Assembly (NCBI GenBank): GCA_900088475.1
Contig: FLMG01000335.1
Coordinates: 186,001 to 250,000 of the forward strand
Source of the DNA: Hyphochytrium catenoides
Taxonomy: Eukaryota; Protista; Hyphochytriomycota
Direction of reading: 5' to 3'
DNA: 64,000 nt
The position numbers and the translations under genes were made by a program. Each line of letters begins with the position of its first letter. Positions within the stretch are counted from its first letter, which is position 1. The notes beneath the pieces are model-generated. The model saw only the letters and a program-made list of their open reading frames with translations, was not told the origin of the DNA and did no database searches. Shown here piece by piece: positions 23,679-35,157 of this stretch.

Positions 23679-26011
23679 ATGCTCGTCATAGGCGTCGTAA
23701 GAAATGTGGGACAGGCTCAAAGGGTGTTCTTTCCTTTAACAAGAGCTGGAGTCCGCCGGTCTCTGTCTTCCACTAGAGGAGGAAGCCATGGGAGCAAGCC
23801 TTCACTCACAAGCATTCTCAGTCAGATGGAAGACGCGTCGTGGGCAGTAGAGCAGAAGGAGAAGGCAGAGAAAAGTGCAGAAATATACCGCCAGAAGCGT
23901 AAGGAGGCGGCCCGGATACGGCAGAAGGAAAAGAGCAAGTCGACCGATGACTCACTACTGTCGAGCGCCAGGGTGGTCCGAACTGAAGTAGCGTTGGACG
24001 AAAAGCCCATCCCTTCTATCCAGACACCAAAGAAGGCTCGTGGGCAGAGCTCCGACCTGCCTCAGAAGAACAAGCAGGGTAATGAGTTGGGACGCGAGTT
24101 ATTTGCCTAGAGCCTTTCATGCTTATGAGCTCACCCTTTCTCCTTTCTTTGGTCTACCTCTTGGTCCCTTCCTTCTGCTGGATTCTAACCTCTCAATTTC
24201 TTCTCTTCTTCATCTCTCACTTCTGGTCCGCACACGGCCATGCAGATGCTGGCGTTGTCTCAGGTCCGATGCGAATGGACGCTCCGCCTAAGGAAGTTCG
24301 GTTCGGAGTGTTAAATCAGGAGCCTGACCAGCCGAAGAAAGCACGGGTCCTTCGGGCAGCTGTGGTGGGCAGACCTAACGCTGGGAAGTCCTCACTCCTG
24401 AACCTGCTCTGCAACACGAAGGTAGGAATTGTCCGCCTTAAGCTGGTTCCCTAGTGCTCGATATGGCTACCGCTCACCTCAGCTTGGTAGATGAAGAACC
24501 ATCTCCTCCGGTCGACCTAGTAACTCTTATAACCCCTTGTCCACTCCTCCTCGGCAACGAGTAAAGGTTTCAGCCGTGTCACCGAAATATAACACGACGA
24601 GAAAGACGACTCTAGGTGTTTGGACGGAAGGAAAGACGCAGGTTATCTTCTATGACACTCCAGGCTACGTCGTAAAAAAGTAAGAGCGCTCCTGCATCTT
24701 CATATCCCTTTTCTTTTCTCTACATTTAGCGCTTGACTCTTGCATTCTTTGTATCTTCCATAGGGACGAGAAGAAGTTTGTCCGCTCCCTAGTGACAGAA
24801 GCAGTAGATTCAATTCAAGACGATGTAGATCTTAGTCTTCTTATTATCGACGCAGCGGCCGCCTTGACTCCTGTCCGCCAAGGCGCTATCAATTCCCTCG
24901 TGAAGGAGATCGCGGCAGCACAATCACGGCTCATCTTGGTCTTCAATAAGGTGAGGCCAAGGAAGGATGAGCTGTCCGACAGATGCAGTACGGCATGAAC
25001 CCTATTCTTTACGCTCTGTGTATTCTTGTGACCTGACTCGACCTCTAGGAAAGAAGAAGCTTCTCTTGCGATGTTTATGGCACCTTGGACAACCTTACTT
25101 CCCCTTGTCACTTTAATCTCACCGAGTCACTGTTGATATTTTTCGATCCATTGGTACGCAGATGGACTTGGTAAGGAAGGACATTAGACGGTTGCTAAGC
25201 TTCAACGATGACGTAACTACGGCGGTAAAACAAGCGCTCAATGAAGCCACAGAAGACGAAGCAGAGAAGTCGCAGATCTTGGGGGGCTCCGAACCAATGT
25301 CTTTTGACGTGTCAGCAGTCACTGGAGAGGGGGTAGAAGAGCTAAAGGAGTTTCTCTTGTCGCAGGCAAAGCGCGGCAACTGGTAGAGATCACTACATGT
25401 CCACATTCTTGCTTGCCATGCTTGCCATTTACTGCGCCCCGCGTTCTCCGTCTCCATCACTGGCCATTGGGCTTCATCAACCTGCTTATATAGGGATTTC
25501 ACCTCCAAGACTAGCACAGATATGCCGATTTTGGCGCTGGTGGAGGAGATCATTAGAGAAAAACTCTTCATGCGGCTTAACCAGGAGCTACCTTATAAAA
25601 TCGAGCAGAACACAATGTGAGTAGCCCATTCGAAGAATCTGTTTATGTGACGTTTATCACTTCTTCCGTTTCCTATCCTCTCTTTCCGTTTCCCGGATGT
25701 CTTCACACCTACTGCTATTCTTCTCGCCACGTCACTGACCCCAACGATATTGCCACGTCTAGAGGATGGACGGCTATTGACGAGAACACCCTTCGCATTG
25801 ACCAAGAGCTTGTGGTGAGGGACAAGTCAATAGTCAGCTACTCTCCTTTGTTGCCAGAACCTCTTCTTAACCTTATTGCTAGGTGCCCACTGCTGCCCAC
25901 AAGAAGATTGTGAGGACCAGCTTAGGCTTCGTAGAGCCAGCCGCCAGAAGAGATATCTCCAGTCTCTTGGAGAAGGATGTCCGCTTGACCTTCTGGGTCA
26001 AAGTGATATAG
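23679..26011 (+). CDS. era: Era-family GTPase (ERAL1-like), probably mitochondrial
   Basis: G1 GRPNAGKS, VSPKYNTTR, G3 DTPG, G4 NK|MD, and KH domain EEIIREKLFMRLNQELPY...VRLTFWVKV. Arg-rich N-terminal presequence. Confidence 0.92.
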
Positions 26012-26930
26012 AAAAACACATCGCACTATTTATGGAGGACGGTCAACGAGAGAGGAGTCCTGAAGGGCGTTCCACAGGCTTCTCGATGAGCTGGAAAGCA
26101 GCGGAGCCCTGCGCTGGGCACTGGCGGTTGTCTACAGGCCGAAGAACAGAAGAATGTCATCTGACCAACGTTGAAGGCTTGAGGCGCGAGGAAGGCTTTC
26201 TCTTTCCTGTGCTGGTGTGGACAACAGCAGTGTGGGAAAGAAACCTAACGTACCGTTGAAACTATTAAGGTTTCAAGTCAGAACGCTAGTTATACATTCC
26301 TTGGTTTCTTGGTCCATTTATCTTTCAGTGAAAGATTCCAAAAGAAAATTCAAATTTTGATCGTACAAACTTCGTTGTCATGTCAATGCCAAGCAAGGAT
26401 CCTCCTCCTGCCCCATCGGCCTCGCGTCCTGCTCTCGTGCTGCTGCTGCCAAGCACCAGCGCCAACCTGCCAGCTTCCTCCTCGGCGCGCCTCCCCAGCT
26501 TCCTGTCATTCTGGCACCAGTCTGGGATAAAGCATCTCCGCATCTTCAAACCGCACCCTAGCGCTTCCACGGTTGAGGTGAAAGGATCGGCTTCTCGTAC
26601 GTGTCAGCTCGACCCAATCTAGGATAGGTTGTGACGCCCCCTAAACTTGCAAGCCAGATTGTTTCTCATGTTTGAACTCTGACACAGCATAACGGGTGGG
26701 CTGATACACTCTCGCCGCTGTCGTGTTTCCAAGTAGGAGAAAGAAGGGAGGGGAGCTTTGTGAGCACTGGGTCTGTTAGGCTTCCTGCTACTCCATATCC
26801 ATAGTCAGTGAACAGGCAGTAAATTCTTCTCTCTCTCGAGCTCATTGGTCCCCTAGTCTGCTAGCATTCAGGGCGCTTCGAGCAGGCGTTCCCGCTATTC
26901 TACTTATTTTTTTGCATCCGGGCTGTCTCT

Positions 26931-29900
26931 ATGGTTGCGATGCCTCCTCGTAGAGTCACGTCCAGGAGTGCGGGACCTAAACGAGGCCATTATGCCGGTG
27001 AGTGTTGCCTTTCAGAATCCTCCGGTCGCCCTCTTCCTTGAAGCCCATGCCTAATCTCCGTCACCGCTTTGATCCTGATTACTTTACTTATCTAACTGTT
27101 AGATCCAAGCTCCCCAATTGCTGCTTCACCTAGGACACGCGGCAGAAAGCGCACTCTCTCAGGTAACAAAGATGAATTCTCCTATCCCTGCCCGCTCTTC
27201 CTCTTCCCCAAAGGAGAGACTAAAAGGTCCTGGTTCTCTAACTACCGGGAGCTATGTCATGGCTTTCTACATCAACCTTCCTCGCTTCCATGGCATCTAT
27301 CGACAAATTTAGTCCATTCCTGAAGATGTCCCTCTGACTCCTCTCCCTATACACGTAGCGGTGATCCCAGCTCCACCTTCAAGTGACCAAACAGGCCATG
27401 ATCACAGGTTTGCTTCTTACGTACAATGAACGCCTCGAATCATTTCTTACTCTTCTTTCATTTACCTCTTCTAATCAAGTGACGCACCTTCAAGAGCTAA
27501 CCAAAAAACGGCCAGTAGCAGCAGACAGGGCTCTCCTAACAAGCGATCTCACAAACATACGTCGCATGCGGCGGAAAAGCCCTCTCCGCGAAGCCCAGAA
27601 AAGAAGCTAAGAGTGTACGAGTCTCTTCTCTTTCCCAGCAGCTTGGGTCCATCGGAAAAGCCCTTATGTAACAATTGTTGCTTCCCTCCCCGGGACTTTT
27701 TGTGTACAGAAGTAGGCCACCGTCTCCAATCGAGGAGCTCCCGCAGGAAGGTGAAGAAGGATGGAAGGGCAAAGTAGTGCAGACACTTTTCTCTCCCATG
27801 CTGAAGTTTTTCGGTGGCACCGGTATGCCAGATAGCTATTAGCACTAAAATCCTTCATCACTCGCGACTTACTCTGGACATTGATCCTTCCTTTAGATGA
27901 CTCTGGTGGGCAAGTAGCGGATGTCGGAGTGTCCACAGAGCTCTCAAAAGGCCACGACAGTACCGACCAGGTAAAGTTCATTGGTCGTTGTCTCTGCCAT
28001 GTGCTCTCTTGTTTAGGAGGACATCGTTCGTTAAGAACCGCCGTCAATTGCAGTCGCTATGTTCCTTCACTCCGTAAGAGCTATACACCAAAGCTTACCT
28101 TCGACTTGCATCTCACGTAGAAGGAAACTGCTGCCGAGTCGACAAAAGTTAAGGGCCTTAGCCCTAGCAAAAGCCCTGCAAGTATGACAGAAGGCAAAGA
28201 AGCAATACCTCAACCTGAAAGAGCCATAGCGGAGAGAAGAAGAGAGGAAATAGAGGAGCAGATGGGAGACAATGACATGCTAGCCCAGGAGAACATCTGG
28301 GATGACGAAGCCGCCGAGGAGGAGGATGAATTTGAAGAGTTTAACCCGTGCGTTTATTCGCTTCAACCATGTCTCTCCACCCAGGCACTGCTAACACTGC
28401 TTACAGTTATTTATTCATGAAGTATCTGCCACCCTATGACGCGGTGGCTCCGACGTTCCCAAAGATCTGGTTACCGAAGCAGACTCGACGGTGTCCGCCA
28501 ATTACCCTAGTACGTATAGCCATGGCTCTTGGAACGACTCTATCGCTCGCAAGATCATCCGTAGTGATTAGTAGCGTCCGAGCGGTGCACCTACGCTTCA
28601 TCATGTTGTGGTCATGCTGACGCTATACTTGTGGGCTGACAATTGCAGGCGCTGGATCTAGACGAGACGTTGGTGCATTGTAGTGTCGAAGGAGGAGGCA
28701 AGGCCGACCTTATTTTCCCGGTGGGAGCTCGCTCTTACTTTTCACGACCTACGGGAACAGCGCCACTGTCCCGTCTCACTCCAACTTCCTCTCTCTCTCG
28801 CTCAACACTGCTACTCTACTCCTACCTTTCTCCCTCTCGTTCTTCGTCCTTGAGTTCCTTGTCTCCTCATCCCATACTACCTTGCTTTTAGGCTGGTTTC
28901 TTCCGTCTTTTTCACCACTGCCGCCTACTGTCCTTGCTGCTCCGAGGAACTCTTGTTCTGTACCCTCTTCACTCCAGACTCATGTATATTTCTCACGCCA
29001 TGTTTACGCGGCAACAGGTAGAGTTCAATGATAGAGTGTATGATGTTCATGTCAGAAAGCGACCCCACTTGGACTTCTTCTTGCGGTCCGTCCACTCGAT
29101 GTTTGAAGTCGTCGTCTTTACCGCTTCTCAGGTACGCGTCGGCACCAGTGACCCATTGTGGTGCTATCCTAGTCTCATATACTGCCCATTGCTCTATTTC
29201 CCAGCAAGTGTACGCAGAGAAGCTCCTAAATATCCTAGATCCAGACAAGAAGCTTGTCAGGTGAGCGAAAACATCATTATCGCTTCCTTCCTCTGCTGTC
29301 TCCTGAACGCTTGCCTTGGACCTCTTTTTGTTCTTTCTTCTTTCGTTTGGCCGCTGCCTAGGCCCCCGGTCACTCTTACTGCTGCTCTCCAGTGACGTAA
29401 TCATGTACCGGCTTAGCCCCGCAGTCCTCCCTTTTCATTCCTCAATGAACCTAACGGTGTCTTGAAATTTAGACATAGACTGTATCGTGATGCCTGCCTG
29501 GCTGTGGATGGCAACTATCTGAAAGACTTAACTGTTCTGGGGAGGGACCTGAAGAAGGTGAGAGTGGATCTTTTGCCCTTGTCTTACCCTCACGTTTTGT
29601 CATGGCAGTGCTTCTTGACAACGACTATAAAATCCATCTTACTGTACTCCATCTCTACGCATAGGTCATCTTGGTAGACAATTCGCCCCACGCATTCGCT
29701 TATCAGGTATGCATCTTGAAGATCGAGCCAGAAGCTGCTCCAAGAGCTGCAACCCTAACACGTCTTCTCTCCTGTTACTTTCTGCCCACTATTCGTCTCT
29801 CCATGACGCGGATTAGGTCAACAACGGCGTCCCCATAGAAAGTTGGTTTGACGACGACAAGGATACGGAGGTAAGCTACCTTCTTTGTCGTGACCTTGAA

Positions 29901-30065
29901 TTTATTGTCGTCCCTTTCGCCTGAGCTTCATGCTGATTCTTCTTTTGTTTATATCAGCTCCTGAAGCTTCTCCACTTTCTGAAGAGACTCGCAAACGTGG
30001 ATGACGTCCGCCCTATCATTGCAAAGACCTTCCAGACAGAGCGTTTGATTACGGAAGCGGAGTAG
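26931..30065 (+). CDS. CTD small phosphatase-like protein (FCP1/SCP family, CTDSPL2-like)
   Basis: LDLDETLVHC, RKRPHLDFFL, FEVVVFTASQ|QVYAEKLLNILDP, YLKDLTVLGRDL, VDNSP and NGVPIESWFDD. Disordered N-terminus, so the start is approximate. Confidence 0.93.
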
Positions 30066-30221
30066 TATCCTCTGGCACTGCCTCCATGAGTAACCCGACA
30101 CACACTTTTATCTCATTATGACCTCACTCCTACCATCCTATATCCCTCGGTTATGGTAGGCGTGCACAGCCGCTTGTGCAGCAATTATATTCTTTGTCGT
30201 GAATAGGCTAATAGCAGTGAC

Positions 30222-30939
30222 TTAGGCGTCAGGATCAAACTCTTCTTCGTCACTTGAGTCAGCACCGCTCCCTGCTACGCCCATCCCGCTCTGGATGTCC
30301 TTGGTCGTGTTCGCGTTGATATCAAACACCCCGTCGCAAATTGCTTTAATGGTAGGCTTCGCGTGCGTATACGCCATTACTAGGGGCCTAGCCGCTGTGT
30401 TCGGTAACCTTCGTAGCGTTTACCGGAAAGAGAGAGTTGTTCAGACAAAGAACCAACCACCAATCAGAAACTTATTTAAAATGGAAAAGGGTGGAAGGGC
30501 ATGAAGAGTCTACACCTATACCATGTACAAGCACCCACCACGTGATAAAATAGAGCTTGCTCACGAGCCGCCCGTCAGCGGACTTTGCTTCATGGTCGTA
30601 GACGGCATAACGACAGTCCGCGGATGGCAGAGAAGAGATAAAAGCCTGAGGGTCTGACTGCCGCTCTCCTGCCCTGTCTACAACAATCTGGAGCCACGAT
30701 GTGACCTCAGAAAGTCAGCCTTATGCCGTTTCCTGGCCTGATTGTATCAAAAAGGACCTTTTGGCACTTACTTTGTCTCCTTCGATCTTGAAGAGAACAT
30801 AGCGATGCTTTCTCTTTAGCTTAATATCTTTAAAGGCAACGGAGCACTCATCCGCAGGAGCTAAAGACGCCGAATGGTGTGCATCTGCTGGGCGTAGAAA
30901 CTTTTGCTCGCCTCCGGTCTTTAGGTGCGGCTCAGCCAT
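30222..30939 (-). CDS. Actin-depolymerising factor/cofilin; 3 exons
   Basis: DECSVAFKDIKLKRKHRYVLFKI|...LPSADCRYAVYD...KLYFITW|LPNTA...MAYTHAK, followed by an acidic tail. Confidence 0.9.
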
Positions 30940-31587
30940 AGTGAATGTAGCTGTTGCGCTCACTGCAAGAGCATCAGAGTTAGTTCCAGACTGACGATAG
31001 AGTTCACCTACAATTACCTTCCAGTGCTGCAGAGATGACGCCTTCACAAGCAGCACTCGGTAGTGCCCATGTATCATCCCCTCATTGGACTCTTCCTTCA
31101 TTCATGACCAGGTGACCAGAGCATACACTGACGATGATGACAATAGCTATGAAGATGCAAACAGAGAAACCTTTTCTACGAAGGACAGCTTCAATCTTCA
31201 GAAAGCTTGGCATTCCTTTCCGACCGTTACCGCCCTGACGGATCTTTCAGGACTAGAAATAATCAGTCCTTCTATTACCATTATGATCTTTTGATTAGTT
31301 ATCATGACCTTTGGTTCTCCAAGCTCAGTTTTTGTTCCCCAGTCGGTTTTGTTGTGAAGGTTTCTGAGAGTTTCTGATCCTTCTTTCAGGTGCACTCCGT
31401 TATGGTCATTGGAGCTGAGGAAGAAAGCAGAGTGCAGTCTCTGCAACATTAGCTAACTTCCAGCGTAACTGAAGCTTCAGCAGCAGAGGATGGTTGGTGC
31501 CTTCTTCATGGCAGCCGGTCAGCAAGTAGGATAAGGCTGTCAAACGTGGATAGCAGAGAGGATCCGATACGTCTAAGACCAAGGACT

Positions 31588-34500
31588 ATGCCATTCTGTC
31601 CACGATGTGGGGACCTCATTCGTGGGGCGGCTACCTGCGACAAGTGCGGTGTAGGCGTGGTCAGTAGCACCTTCATCTTTCTAACTTCCCATTGAGTCTT
31701 CTCGTCTAATCTTCTCACTATGGTCTACTCACTTTCTAGGTGCAACCTATGGGCGCGATTCCTGACGGCGCCCATCATTCAGCTGTGTCTTCCTACCGAC
31801 ATCAACCCAGCGTAACTTTGAGTGGTGTACCTGCAAACGGCGGAGCCTCTCTGTCGCGGTTGCATTCCGACCCAAATGACCATTTAATCGGCTCGCAAAG
31901 TTATTCCTTGTCCTCTAGTCTAAGGCCTAGCCCATCAAAGCCATTAGCTACCACTTACACGCCGCTGCCGCACAAGGGTGTAGTTAATGAAAGAACTTCA
32001 CCCAGGGCAGTGCCGAGGTGGCAAGAGCAGCATCAACCATCGCATTCTCCTGCTCAGTCGTTTGCATCAGTACCTTCACCGGGTGGGACCACTACTCCCT
32101 TATGGCAACGTTCACATCCAGCGAGCCAGGGAGCAGCAGCATCTGTCAATAGCACGCCGCGTTGGCCACCTGCGACCCCCGATGTCACAGCTCAAGTCGG
32201 AGTTCTAGCTCAGCAGCGGAGCCCGCCTAAAAGTGATCAAAATGGAGCCTATAAGATCCATTCTCAAACAAGTACACTGGCAAGCGCCACATCTAGTTCT
32301 CGGCATGAAGAGCCGAAGAAAGAGGCAAAAGAAAGCCACAAGTCCGCTCCGGCACCTAGTAGCCAAGCCCTGCCGACTCCGTCGCCTCTTCTTAAAAGCG
32401 AAGGAAGCTGGCGCTCCACTCAGCGGATAACTCACCAGACTGGGACCGCCCTGGAGGAATATGTGACGGAGGTAGAGCTAGAGCTCTTTATGTTCGAGTC
32501 TCTAAGTTTGTGGCCTTGCTCTTTTTTTACTGTCGTCACGTGCTACTCAGTTTATCGGAGTTTATCAGATTGCCATTGGCCATAGTCCTGCCCCGGCCGT
32601 CACATCCTTGCGTAAGGCCTCTTATAAAAATGCTGTCTGTTGAAAGGACGTACATTTCGCTGAAGAGTGAACAAAAGTTGGAGACTTACCGTGTCGTGCG
32701 CTTCTCTCTCTTGATCAGGATACACACCTTCGGATACCTAAGAACGGCTTCATGACGATCCTCGAAAAGGTAATTGCCTTTCTGAGTAGCACTTTTAGTG
32801 TTCGGACTGACATTGTACTATTTCACCGCTATCAAAGCACGCCGATGGGATGTTCCTGGTCCAGCACGCTGGTAACAGAGGGCTTATACCAAGCGCCTTG
32901 GTACAAGAGCATAGTGCGTGATGCTGACTCCTCGCTTATCTTATGTCTGTCCCTTCAGTGCTTACTGTCCTCTCTGTTGTATGTTGCATAGGTCGAATGT
33001 TGTTGAGTTACCTGGGTCCCACTATATATCAAACTCTCTGTTATCAGATCACTTCTTGTACAGCCCTCTCTGTCTATATGCCTCCTATCCTGTTGTGCTT
33101 TGCTGTCTACCAACCGGGACCCTTACCTTTTGTTCCTATTCAGAGCAATTGTCATTATCAGAAAGGACTCCGTCCCAAAGGCGCCTATCTCCACCATCCT
33201 TTGGGATGAGCGAACTATCTCTTGATTCGAAGGAGAAACAACAGTCTTCCACTGAAGAGCCAAGGCGTGACCGCAGCCTATCTGGCTCTGAAACTGGACT
33301 ACCGAACGAGTGTCCAGGTTGCCACATGCCCCTAGGTCCCCTTTTCACCCGTGGGTTGGGGAAGAGGTGGCATGAATATGTGAGTGAATAGGTTGGATAA
33401 GGGAAAACCGCATCAGCTCGAAGAAAACATACTCTAGTAAAATAGTAACGGGAAAGGACAGACGTTTTAGCAGTTGGCTTGCGACGCTGAAAGGGGAGCT
33501 CAGACTATAGTAGACTAAGACCCTTCCCTCCTCTGGCCTCTTCCGGTGCAGTGCTTCCTGTGTGCCAGATGTACCATGGTCATTGAGGAAGGAGAGGCAT
33601 GGGTTGAGGAGGCAGGAAAGGCGTACCACGAGGATTGTATGCGACAAATGAAGGAGCTACGGGCAATATCTCACTCAGTGGAGAGAAAGGGAAGCTTCCG
33701 TTCTTTCCCAGCTACTGCGCCTCCTTCATCTCCTTCGACCACCAGCTCCACAAACGCCGACATAGGAAAGGAGGTTCCTGAAAGGCAACAGGTAAAGTCA
33801 CCACGTGGAGGAGTCGGGTTAGATGTGCCTGTCGATGCGGGCGATGCCCGCCGCAAGGTCCATACTTCATCGGAATCCCTGGAGACCCAAGGGCCAAATA
33901 GGGCAAGTCAAACTTCTCAGGAAGACCTACCTCTGTTCCATTCTCGGCCGCCTCCGCCGTCTGCCGTTGCGCATCACAATGATGACGCCAAAACCGGCCG
34001 TCCCCTATTTGCCCGCCCACCTCCCCCACTGGCATCCCCTGACAGGACGATGGCCTCACAAGCAAGGACTGTTAAAGAGGCTCCTTCTAAGGGCCCACCC
34101 TCTCCACAGAAACGCCCTAGTGAGCCAGTATACAGCGCTGTTTTGAGGACTTCCCCTAGGGACCACATAGATCGGAAGCAAGAAGCTCTCCCGCCAGGAG
34201 AAACGAGCAAGGTGGGACCTGATGCGGACGTAGAAAGGTCGTTAGGATGCGCATCGGGCAGCGACAATGAGCGAAAGATGACGGAAGATGAAAAGGATAG
34301 GACATTCTTAGAAAATAGTTTGGAACCGTGCCAAACCTGCGGTAGAATGGTGGCTGAGGAGGGAATCCTGGCCCTGAAAGGGGTATTTCATCCTGAGGTG
34401 AGCATAGTCCTAACAGTTTTTATGTTCGTCAATCTTTATCCTTCGTTACCTCGCGGCTATAATCTAAAGTATTCCAGTGCTTGTAAGACTAGGACTAGAG

Positions 34501-35155
34501 CTAAATCTCTTCTCTGCTACCAGTGCTTCCGGTGCGCTCACTGTCAGAAGGTGATTGACCCTGATGATGGCATTGGAGAACAGAATAACAAGGTAAGCAA
34601 CTCAGCCCTAGAGATGGCGTTTTCTTTAACTAAGGACTTGTAGGCCCTTGGCGTTTACTACTATCATACTGCATGTCCCAGAATCCCCAGTCTTCCGTGG
34701 CTCTAACTTTCCCTACTCCTCCAACCTCTCATGATGCTGCCAGCCGTATCATTTTCAGTGCTATCTGGATCAGTTTGCCGAGAAATGTGCTGCGTGTCAA
34801 AAGGTATAGCCCTTTCTCGTCGTCTCTAAGGCACGCAAGGCCTGGGAGGGTGTGGCCTGTTTGCACTTTATCTATGTGTACCTCAGTTTCGCAATGTTGC
34901 CTTGTAACGTCTGCTACCTTGCCTTTTCGCAGCCTTTGGAAGGGCAGGTAATTAAAGCCCAAGGATCATCATATCATCCAGACTGCTTTAGGTGCACGCG
35001 TTGTCGTGCAAGGATTGAAGGTCCGTCATTTTGCCCTTTTGAAATCTATACTGCACGGCTTAACTCTATTTCAATGCCGTCCTGTGCCTCGTCTAACTGG
35101 TCTTGCAGGTGGATATTACCTCCGAGACTCGGCAGTGGTTTGTCTCCATTGCTAG
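31588..35155 (+). CDS. Zn-ribbon + degenerate SH3 + three LIM domain protein
   Basis: N-terminal CPRC...CDKC, Pro/Ser-rich linkers, SH3-like ALEEY...GLIPS across three exons, and LIM motifs CPGC..HEYCFLCARC..HEDC, CQTC..HPECFRCAHC..HFQC and CAAC..HPDCFRCTRC..CLHC. Confidence 0.88.
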
Positions 35156-35157
35156 AG

